The translations under genes were made by a program, and so were the position numbers. From assembly GCA_964016885.1 (NCBI GenBank), contig OZ024743.1, positions 315,332,001-315,396,000 on the forward strand: a stretch of DNA of 64,000 nt, written 5' to 3'. The notes beneath the pieces are model-generated. The model ran no database searches, had not been told where the DNA came from, and was given only the letters and a program-made list of their open reading frames with translations. This stretch comes from Eledone cirrhosa (lineage: Eukaryota). Positions 46,099 to 58,463 of the stretch are shown one piece after another. Within the stretch, counting starts at the first letter, position 1. Each line of letters starts with the position of its first letter.

Positions 46099-46238
46099 CC
46101 TGCATAGGAATTACCGCGAACTCGCTGCATGACTATGAGAGCGTCTTGTTGGGGCAAACAAAGCCCTACGTTAAAACTATCCACGACGCAGAGTACACAC
46201 AACCTCTAACTGGATTACCTATGATGATAACTAGTTAT

Positions 46239-46297
<59 letters not shown>

Positions 46298-46495
46298 GTA
46301 AGTATGTATGTATACGTACTTACATATATGTATACAGACGTACAGTAGTATGTATATATATATACATACATGCACATATATATATATATATGCACGTATC
46401 GGTTTACCAAACATTTATTATAATGTTGCTCAGCCGTTAATATGCATAAGCAAAGTATATACTTTCAGACGTTCAACCATCTGGCAGGAAGGTAT

Positions 46496-46538
46496 ACGAT
46501 GCTGACGATAGCTAATAGGCTTGAAACGAGTACATCGT
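46496..46538 (+). ncRNA. Minimal type-I hammerhead ribozyme
   Basis: ACGATG-CTGACGA-tAGC taatag GCTt-GAAAC ga GTA-CATCGT: 6-bp stem I, canonical core, GUA site. A degenerate copy lies on the minus strand at ~48162-48204. Confidence 0.85.
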
Positions 46539-46821
46539 TCCTGTGTCAGTGTTGAACAAACAGGTGACGTGGTTGCCTAAACACTGTACGGCGAAATTCG
46601 GACTGTTTGTTTGTTTACAAACAAACCGAGCATTATAATAAATGTTCGGTAAACCGATACGTGCATATATATATATGTGTGCATGTATGTATATATATAT
46701 ATACATACTACTGTACGTCTGTATACATATATGTATGTACGTATACATACATACTTACATTTAAGTAAGTGCCGTACTAAGAGTGAGAAATGAAATTTCG
46801 TTTCATTCTATTCTATATATA

Positions 46822-47037
<216 letters not shown>

Positions 47038-47063
47038 CTATGTATATATGTATATATAGAGAG

Positions 47064-47370
47064 AGAGATTACTGTAATCAAAGTTCAGTTTAAGGCATTT
47101 ATTTGCTTACAATTGTTTCCTCCAAACCGAGGTTTGGATTCTTCGGAGCAACTATTTATAACATGTATGTTATAAATAGTTGCTCCGAAGAATCCAAACC
47201 TCGGTTTGGAGGAAACAATTGTAAGCAAATAAATGCCTTAAACTGAACTTTGATTACTGTAATCTCTATATAACTGCTCTGTATAACAACTGATGTTATT
47301 ACATTGAGCTATCTAACTTACTGGTAATAGGATAGTAATTAAAGACTATCTCTCACTATTTAAGGTTTGT
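47064..47370 (+). mobile_element. Near-perfect 204-bp palindrome of two hammerhead arms plus tail
   Basis: 47064-47267 is self-complementary about 47165/47166; the tail runs to (TA)n. Confidence 0.9.
47180..47228 (+). ncRNA. Hammerhead fold with variant core CCGAAGA
   Basis: TTGCT-CCGAAGA-aTCCAAAC ctcg GTTTGGAg-GAAAC aatt GTA-AGCAA. Mirrored in the other arm and at ~32748-32797 (-). Confidence 0.7.
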
Positions 47371-47490
47371 GTATATATAATATATTACCATCAAAGGTTT
47401 TATTGCATACATAACCATAAATAGTACCCTTAATACTATATATATATATGTGTATGTATATATGTATATACATATATATATGTATATATG

Positions 47491-47913
<423 letters not shown>

Positions 47914-50153
47914 ATATATATATATATATATTTATATATATAAATGCAAGTATGTATGTATACGTACATACATATATGTATACAGACGTACAGTATTATG
48001 TATATATATATACATACATGCACACATATATATATGTACGTATGGGTTTACCGAACATTTATTATAATGTTCGGTTTGTTTGTAAACAAACAAACGGCCC
48101 GAATTACGCCGTACAGTGTTTAGGCAACCACGTTACCTTTTTATTCAACACTGACACAGGAACGATGTTCTAGTTTCAAGCTTATTAGCTATCGTCAGCA
48201 TCGTATACCTTTTTGCCAGATGATTGAACGTCTGAAAGTATATACTTTCCTTATGCATATTAACAGCTGAGCAGCCTAATTTTCATATCGAGTGAGTTAG
48301 TCGGCCGGGCGCACTGAAAACGATAAATTGAAAAGAATGAAACGAAATTTCATTTCTCACTCTTAGTACGGCTGATACTTATAGCTGACCATGATATTCT
48401 CATGGAATCAACAATAGAGGTTTATTTTTCAACATAGTCCCTAGAAAGAAACCATGCAGATATTAATATGAAGAGTTGAAATTAATGCATACACGATTCC
48501 GCAGCACAAGCATCACCCCTTCATAGTCAGTCAATGAACGTTTCAGTCGACCCTCTTATACATAAACATGTTTTTCTCTAAAACGCTGAAGGGGCGAATA
48601 AAGGTCCTTAGAGAGCCATTTGAAATATTTCACGAATCGCTATGTGGAAAACTTTAATATTCATTCCTCGTATTACTGTCCAGAGCGAATGATTAGTTGA
48701 ACTGTTATATCATTGAAAAATGAGGCCTTCTGGTATTTCTTTTGGCCGCTTGCATTCTGAATTCGCCTACGGCAAGACTGTTGCCAAGCTGAATCGGTCT
48801 TTAAAGAACCTTTATGGTCTAGATAAAGAAATCCACTTTAAATAAAATGATAGAAGCAATGACATTTGTGAAGTAGGAGCAGTCAAGTACTAACAGGATA
48901 ATAAATCTCACCTGTCTAGTGTAATTTCTGAAGCACTAACCTTATTGATTTTGCAGTGTTTCTTATTCTATACAGTCATATATTTATAGTATATTTCAGC
49001 TACTTGAATTGAATTTCCTACCACCGTAAGCACTAATAATATGTAAATATGCACAACCATTTCGCTGTTGCTGCAACATGTGGTGGGCTCTAGTTATGTA
49101 GAAAGCTTCTGATGAAGTTTCTACTAAGATCGAAGCTCCTGTCAACTTATTAATATTTCTTGATTTAAGCAGAAATACATAAATAATACATTTTTACATT
49201 TATAAATATGGGTTCACAGAAACATTCCAACGGATTCGGTTAAATAATTTATTGTTTCTTTGCAGGGAGTAATATTTTGTAAGCCATATTTGTTTTATCA
49301 AATAATGAGATATTTCTTAGTTTGATTTCATTAAAGGTACATATAAACTAAAGGGAATGTTGCAGTCATAAATTCACTATCTCTTCGTTGTGTAGTGGGT
49401 ACGGTGCAAGGATATCTGTTAAAACAGCTAAATTCCATCAATGACATCGTTGGGTAAAAATTACCTCTAAGACAAAAGTGAAAGGAAGAAAATGAACGAA
49501 ACAAGACCACACACACATCTTTGTATGTTCTTGTCTCGTTCATTTTCTTTCTTTTTTCCGTTTCTTTCTATCAATTCTACGGGCCAACATACTTCTAGCC
49601 GCTAATTTCTGTCCTTTAATGTAATTTCACCCGACATGGTCATTAACGGCATATTGCCGTTTTAAAAGCTATTCATGCTTTCAGTTTTTCTCATTATTCT
49701 CTGAATTCTAATACACTCGCGCTCCATCTCGGTCTTCAAGACAACCTTGTTTATATGAATGTATGTATATATATATAAAGATATATAAACAAAGAGGGTG
49801 TGGTAAGATACCAGGTGGACCAAAACGCACCACAGTACTCAATATTTATGCTAGTAGGGTGGGTAATAGGGAAAAAGTCAGATCCCCGACTTCTGAGTTC
49901 CGAGTTCGGATCTAGCTGTCAAAACGGCCGGAGCTCAGCCGTCGGGGTCCTGACTCTTTTTCTATGTATAAGAGCAAACATCACGGACGCTCTATCTCAA
50001 AATTAATTTTGAAAAGCATTTAGAAATGCGCAACCGGTAAAACTTAAAACCTAAACTGAATACTAACCAATACAATTACTAATTCTCATTTATTCCTAAT
50101 TAAACTATTTTTCACTGTGAACAATTTGTCACCATTTTCTATTCCGTTTACCA

Positions 50154-50241
<88 letters not shown>

Positions 50242-50433
50242 TAACGGATTAAAGTTTAAGCAAAGAATTTCCAGAAGATCCCGTTAATGTTGAAAGCAGC
50301 GATGCTTTGCTTAAACTTTAATCTGTTATTTTGATAAATATTTGCTCTACAGTTTTAAATATTTCATATATATATTATCCTTATCCTTATCGAGCCCTCT
50401 TCGGATTTTAGTCTTCACATTTATTATTATTAC

Positions 50434-50529
<96 letters not shown>

Positions 50530-50897
50530 TTAGAATGTAATTTTTACCCGACGGTGTCATTGACGGCATTTTGCTGTTTTAACAGATATTCTTGCATCGT
50601 ACGTATTACACTCACGCGCGCCCGCTGCCACCACAGTCCCCTCCCAACTCACTTCCTTTCTGCATGCGCCACCACTTCTACGCCCTCCTCTCCGATTCCA
50701 CCCTGGTCAAACCTTCCTTGGTTCGCTGTAACGAGTTCTCGACCACTACTGGATGATACGGGAATACTCCGCAACACACACACACATATTACCCATGCAT
50801 AAACATACACCCAATCATCCGACACACACGTGAAAATACATATATATATGTATTTATATATATATATATATATAAACACATTATATGCATATATATA

Positions 50898-51407
50898 CTA
50901 GCCGAATTACCCGCGCCTTGCTGCGTTTCACACATTTTTTTTTTGTAAGAAAATGATGATTGATTTTAAATCAGTAATATAATTTATGGAGAAAAACTCT
51001 GCATTTCAATATTACTCAATGTAATGCATGAAAAATTGGAATACATTATTTTTTTTAATATATCAAATCAAAATGACATTATTAAATCTTATTCTTATTT
51101 TGTTTCTTGTAAATAATTTTTTTTAAATATCAATTCAAAACTTTTGTGAATAGGCATCATATCTTGTCATTTACCTATGGTTTAAATTTCATATAAATCG
51201 AAGGGAAAACCATTTCAGAGGGGGTTTTCAGCGGGAGTTTGTGCCCCCGGGAAACCCGTTGATTAAAATGAGATATACGTAAGAAATCAAATGGGCATGA
51301 GCCCCACACACTTGTCAATTTTCATCAACATCGGTTTGGTAGTTTTTGAGTTTTAGGTTCAGAAACGAACTCACAAATAGACAAAAATTGCCATTTATGT
51401 ATATAGA
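50898..51407 (-). mobile_element. Non-autonomous Helitron
   Basis: Minus strand TC...CGCGGGTAATTCGG-CTAG|T; homologous to 11980-12491. Confidence 0.78.
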
Positions 51408-52086
51408 CATGTGAGTGTGTATGTGTGTGTACGTGTGTGTGTGTATGGGGGGGGGGTACGCTAGTGTGTATTTGTTTTCATGTGTGTTTATTTGCGCACG
51501 CACGTATATATATATATAGTATATTTGGCAATATACTGTGCTTAATTAAAAACATTTCGAAGACCTTACGCTATTATTTTAAAGTAGTTACTATGTCACT
51601 TACTTCTTTTTTCAACAAACAAAGGGAGATAAGGTGACATATCTGTTTCATACTGTTGGTAATCATCACAGCTTAGCACTCGCCGATGCCTGTTAAAAAT
51701 TATACATGTTGGATTCGTATAGAATTCCAGTAATAATCAGGAACTGATTATACAGAGCGATTGCCGGTCCAGCAAAAATTAAAAATTAGAATTGGTGCTC
51801 TGAAATAGCGATGTATACATGCAGTTCCTGGTTATTACTGGAATTATATAAGAATCCATCATCTATAATTTATAAACATTTATAAACATCTATAATTTAT
51901 ACATTCATGTATATATCGCTATTTCAGAGTACCAATTCTAATATATATATATATATATTATATTCCGAAGACATTGTTTTCGTAAAAGCAGGAACAAGCA
52001 GGAGAAAGTTCTCAACATTCGTATTTTGTAGTTACGATGGGGATTCAGTATAATAATATCATTAATAGCATCTTTATTAATGTTAT

Positions 52087-52301
<215 letters not shown>

Positions 52302-52321
52302 ATATATATATATAGTATAGT

Positions 52322-52650
52322 ATAAAAAAACGAAAAATCAGTGATGCATCTGGACTCAGTTTATTGCGTATTACAATTGTTTCGCCGGTAGGTAGCTCGA
52401 GACATGATCACTGTATGGATCTGGCTGATTCTACGGCTGCAGGTTCCTTCGGACACAGGCAATTTGTTCAGAGCAAATTTTCTCACTCGAGCTACCTGCC
52501 GGCGAAACAATTGTAACACGCAATAAACTGAGTCCAGATACATCACTGATTATTCGTTTATTTTTTACTATTCACACTCTGCTCTGTATGAATATTTAGT
52601 GCTAATGTTGGCATACCGCCTATGGAAGCACCATAGCTACCATTATACAC
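52322..52650. mobile_element. Fold-back element with GAAACAATTGTA..AATAAA and right tail (second copy ~35390-35605)
   Basis: 52330-52401 vs 52486-52557 inverted; the tail matches 35520-35605. Confidence 0.8.
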
Positions 52651-52686
<36 letters not shown>

Positions 52687-52895
52687 GGGGTAACAAATAA
52701 TAGTTAAATGCAGTCCACTTAGGTAAAGTCCAGTTATGGTATTCCAGGTAGTGGATGATATTAATTCTGTATTGGCGATCGAGTAACGCGAAAATAAGCG
52801 AATAGCGATCTTTAGACCTACCAGTTCAGAGAAACAAATGTCAGCTATGAGATTAAAAACCTTTTTTGTATAGCAAACCATGTCAACCTTCTTTC

Positions 52896-53016
<121 letters not shown>

Positions 53017-53073
53017 GTCTATATGTATATATATGTATATTTATATATATATATATGTGTGTGTATATGTATA

Positions 53074-53120
<47 letters not shown>

Positions 53121-53183
53121 GTGTGTGTGTGTGTGCATATGTATATACATATATATATATATATATAGATATAGATATATATG

Positions 53184-53221
<38 letters not shown>

Positions 53222-53224
<3 letters not shown>

Positions 53225-53825
53225 TGGCTGCCAACTCGTTTTCGAGTACGGCCACTACTTTATATCCATGTAGGAGAACCCCTACCGATTCGCTGAACAA
53301 GTGTGACTTTTTAGTCCAGCCAGCGACTTGAAAACTCTGGTACAAACACTATACTTGTGACAATTATTGACACATAGTGCTGGGCCCATGGTACTATGTG
53401 ACGACAAGTGCAGAGAGATCTCCTGATATAAAACAATGCTTGTGCCGTGAAGCTTTTATAGTGATCAAAGGCACTGCACAAAGCTAGTCTCACTCTCTTA
53501 ACCAAGATAATATTTACCAAAAAGAAGAACAGGTCAACATCATTGGATACCATCAGGGTTGCAGTTGTTATATCAGAGTTTTCCTTCTCCTAGAATTCTG
53601 CCTTGACAAAGGCTAAAGGGTCATCTCTCCCGGTGATTTTGGATGGCCATTGACTCTTAAGAGCTTTTTCACCCTTTGACAGGTTTTGTTTTTAGTCCTG
53701 CAGGATGTCCAAAGTCACCCTCCTCACCAAGAAACCTTGGTGTGGTTGCCAGTTTAGTCGCCAACGACCCGACCATGGGACAGGTTGTACTGGGATACAT
53801 GTTACCAGTAGCACCAACTGGTGAC
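53222..53825 (-). mobile_element. Non-coding RTE-5'UTR-like repeat (copies ~6505-6980, 7340-7545, 26357-26860, 36340-36560)
   Basis: Shared blocks GGTCAACATCATTGG and AGAGTTTTCC(T/A)T, plus TCACCCTCCTCACCAAG in the two longest copies. CTAGGAGAAGGAAAACTCTG on the minus strand is typical of RTE 5' UTRs. Often abuts (ACAT)n. Confidence 0.6.
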
Positions 53826-54374
53826 CTGACATATATATATATATACATATATATATACACACACACATATATATATATATTTATATATATACATATATAT
53901 ATTTATGTATATAGAGAAAGAGGTAACTCACTGGAAAGTAATATCCGTAGTGGTAGAGCCCTCAGTCCATGGGACGAGTTTGGTAGAAGTAGAAACAAAA
54001 CAGCTAGCTCACCATACCGAGAACAACTGCCTCACCCCATGTGGATCTCTCTCTCTATATATATATATACAAGTGGAAGCTTAGTAAAATCGAAGCTTTT
54101 GCTTTGACCAAGCAAACGCCCTACAATTAGGAATTAGCAGTGAAGCACTCGATAAGGAAGGCCCTTAAAGTAATAACATACGTTTAGACAGCTTGACAAA
54201 TTGAAAATTGCGGCAGGCATACCTAGCCACGCAATAGCAAAAAACAACGAAAAAACTAATCAGATTAGACAACTGACCTGGACATCTCGAACGATATTTT
54301 GTAATGCTTTCGATAGGTTTCTATGAAAACGAAATCATCCATCCAGTTTACATAATATGTAAGCCTGTGGTATT

Positions 54375-54418
<44 letters not shown>

Positions 54419-55386
54419 CATAATCGGAGAAAGCTAAAAGCGATACTCGGCCAAAGTCGGAACTCTCTTCCTACCTAATTTTCTCCTGAAGAAACGGTAT
54501 TAAATAGTAGTTGTGTATACCATGTACGTCAATACTTCAGTGCTGCTTCGAAAACTATACTTTTACAAAGTCATCGGCTTTTTCTAATATGCGGTCCTGC
54601 CCCCAGGGGTCCCCTACTTAATATGTTAGTTCTCATTCATCTGTAGGACAAAGGTAGCCCATGTCTCAAGTTTTATGAAAATTGGTTGCGAACTCCAGAA
54701 GTTATGACGTTTTGTTGCATTGCACTGCAGTGCTTCAGTCGACTCCAAGGAAGCGTTTGAAGGGGGTTATCTGCCGGGAGGCCCTAAAATCAGTATCTGG
54801 AAAAATGAAAGTGCCCATGACCATCTGGAGTACATAAGTAACCTATGTCTTAAGTTTGGTGAAAATACTGTAGAAATGCATAAGGTTTATACATGCGCGC
54901 GCGGGCGTGTGTGTGTGTGTGGTTGTGGGTGTGTATGTATTTGTGTGTGCGTATGTATGTGTATATCCGTCGAGGCATACGTATGTACTGGCCTAAATCT
55001 TCACTATTTACTTTTACTATTTTAATAACCTCTGTCATTTTCGTTTTCAATTGTATTTACATCATTCTTAAACTCCGGGGCTGGAAATCATTCTGTTATT
55101 TTAAATAGAACATTAGTCTAACGACTCCGTTTATACCAGGTCTTACCTTTGCATGAAATTGTTCTTCTGGGTCCACATAACGACGGATTATCCTCGCATT
55201 TTTTCTCCGTTCATTACGAGGGAAGGTCTTCACGAACCAAAATATCGTCTTCCTGTTTTCTTTCGGTTGCAACGTTTCTCGAAATATTTACTTTTGCGTT
55301 CACAGATTAAATTTTTTAGTTTCAGAAGATCCCGTTAATGTTGAAAGCAGCGATTCTTTGCTTAAACTTTAATCTGTTCTTATAAC

Positions 55387-55525
<139 letters not shown>

Positions 55526-55798
55526 TGCATTGTACGGCTTTTGGAGGAAGGAGTGACTAACCAGCAGACGTTGTTCGGTATTATTACGAAAAGGTGTAGC
55601 AGAGAATCCCGTGTGAACTAACAGCAGGGGAGGAAACTGCTTACCTCGAAGATTCATTTGCCATACTTCTTGTCAACACTCCGTTTGCTTGGTATGTGTT
55701 GGTCTATAGTTAGATAAATGGCACACAAAGGCGTAATGTTTATTGGCAAGAAGATTTTTGAATAATAAAAGACGGGTTAAAGCGAGCTACAATGTATC

Positions 55799-55832
<34 letters not shown>

Positions 55833-55837
<5 letters not shown>

Positions 55838-56664
55838 AAATAACAGGAGGCTGGACTGGTGTAAATTCTTGAAAGGTTTATTATACTATGATCATTTCAA
55901 TGACCGGGTTCCATATGAATCCGGTGATATCATCAGGTATTGGAATATAACAAAGGAATATGTAAAAAAAAACATGGGTCCGAAAAATCAGAGACAGAGA
56001 CAAAGAGGGCGACTGACCAACTAGCTGCCTTCACCTCGGCCAGTCACCCTCAAAGTGATGGCAACTGAATCTACTAATTACCCTCTGGAGAGGGGCGAAG
56101 GCTTATAATGCACTACCACCTCTCTGTCAAAGAAAAAGGGGAAGAAAGAAAGGAAGGAAGAAAGAAGAAAAAAGGAAGAAAGAAGTCAGCGTAAGGGTCA
56201 CACTACATTCATGCTAGAAAGCATGATGGTAGTGCATTATAAGCCTTCGCCCCCTCTCCAGATGGTCATTAGTAGATTCAGTTGCCATCACTTTGAGGGC
56301 GACTGGCCGAGGTGAAAGCAACTAGTTGGTCAGTCGCCCTCTTTGTCTCTGTCTCTGATTTGTCGTACCATGGTTTTTTTTTACATATTCCTTTGTTATA
56401 TTCCAATACCTGATGATATCACCGGATTCATATGGAACCCGGTCATTGAAATGATCATAGTATAATAAACCTTTCAAGGATTTACACCAGTCCAGCCTCC
56501 TGTTATTTTATTTTATTTATAATTAACTCCGTATTCGCACCACCAACTACACAAACAAAGACGGGTGAACTGCACTACGTTGAGTACTCTCCACAATATT
56601 ACACCAAGATTGACCATACGGAATGACCAATTCCATCCAGTGGTGAACCAACAAACCTACAGAA
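55833..56664 (+). mobile_element. Fold-back hammerhead element (~285-bp arms, ~105-bp spacer, ~150-bp tail)
   Basis: 55833-56119 vs 56227-56510 inverted; (TA)n on both sides. Confidence 0.9.
56406..56463 (+). ncRNA. Type-I hammerhead ribozyme (mirrored on the minus strand in the other arm)
   Basis: ATAC-CTGATGA-[ACCGG..CCGGT stem II]-GAAAT gatc ATA-GTAT-AATAAA, with a palindromic ATGATCAT stem III. Confidence 0.8.
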
Positions 56665-56670
56665 ATATAT

Positions 56671-56745
<75 letters not shown>

Positions 56746-56977
56746 TACATATATATATATGTGTGTGTGTGTGTGTATGCATATATATATATATGTGTGT
56801 GTATGTATGCATATATATATATATATATGTGTGTGTGTATGTATGCATATATATATGTGTGTGTGTGTATGTATGCATGTATATATATAAATATATATGT
56901 GTGTGTGTATATATACATATAATTTTATGTGTATATTTATGTGTATATGTGTATATCTATATATTTATACGTGTTTG

Positions 56978-57026
<49 letters not shown>

Positions 57027-57414
57027 ATGTGTATATATGTGTGTGTATGAGTATATATGTGTATATATATATGTATATATAAGTATATATGTATATATAT
57101 ATGTGCGCGTGCGCGAGCACGGGTGCGCGCGCGTGTTTGTGTGTGAATGTAACGAAGATAATACGTCAGCAATGACGTTATGCAGACAGTCAGGCATACA
57201 AACAGATATTATAAAAGCGCGACGGAGATGGATAACCGGCGCCTAACACCCTTTAACAACAGAAAATTGGGAAAAAAATATATTTTGACTGCAAGGAATA
57301 TATAAATGCAAGTTTGAAGTCAATCGAAGTAGAACTGTCGATTTGTATAGACTTTGCAAACATGAGGACACACAGACAACATCAGTTTTATATATATAGA
57401 TGTATATATATACT

Positions 57415-57477
<63 letters not shown>

Positions 57478-57918
57478 AGTTTGTGTGTAATGTTCATTTA
57501 CTGATGGTTCATCAGGTTCAGCACTCAATATATGTCTATATTACGCTCACAGTAATCTGATGAGCTTTTGATTCCAGAGGAGTCGGGCCCTTATCAATAC
57601 AGTTATAAACTTAAGCTGATCAATCGAAAAACCCGCGTCTAACCTCAATAAACGTAATGAAAATTCGACACCCCGTCTATATTATATGTTTGTCTGTGTG
57701 TGCCTATGTGCGTGTATATGTATATATATATGCTTAGAAAAAGTAGAAAATCTCGAACGCAGGAAAATATATGTGAACACATCTAAGAAGATCGGTTAAA
57801 ACTTCGCTATTGACGGAAAAACGGACAGCAGCCACTGCAGAGAAATATATATATAGTGACTCCTACATAAAAAAAAAATACTTGTTCACATCTGTTATAT
57901 TTTCTATTATTATTGTTT

Positions 57919-58098
57919 TGGCAGTATCGGTAGAGGGTCGGACGCCATGCTTTGACGCATAGAGTTACGGCCCTTGCCATTCTGAGTTCAAATTCCGTCG
58001 AGGTTAACTTTGCCTTTCATCCTAACGGGGGTCGATAAAATAAAGAACCAGTAATACACTGGGATAATTGCTGGCCTTGTGCCTATTGTAGAAACAAT
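57919..58098 (+). mobile_element. tRNA-derived SINE just upstream of the splice acceptor
   Basis: Same family as 2650-2833. Confidence 0.85.
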
Positions 58099-58147
58099 TA
58101 TTATTTTAGTTTTATCTTTATAATAACATTTAACAAATTTTAAACCA

Positions 58148-58176
58148 TCTTTTTCTTTCTCTCTTCAATCTTTCAG
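58148..58176 (+). promoter_or_regulatory. 3' splice acceptor preceding the receptor coding exon
   Basis: Polypyrimidine tract tctttttctttctctcttcaatctttcag|G, followed by 287 nt with no ATG before the start codon. Confidence 0.7.
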
Positions 58177-58463
58177 GTTATACAGCCTGATATTGCGGTA
58201 CAAAAAGTTATAAACTCACACAACAATAACAAGAATTAAGAAAAGAAGAAGAAAAGAAACGACGAGATAAAGCGAACCTCTAAAACTCTTATATTGAAAT
58301 TGCATCTCACAAGAAGATTTTTAATAGTGCCGCGAAAGCTCAGCAAAGAAACAGTGAGACTAACGGCACGAACCATAAAATAACAGTTTGATAAAGCTGT
58401 ACTCCGACAGGAGGGAATAAAGAAACAATATATAGGCTTTTATATATACGTCAATTTAACGCC

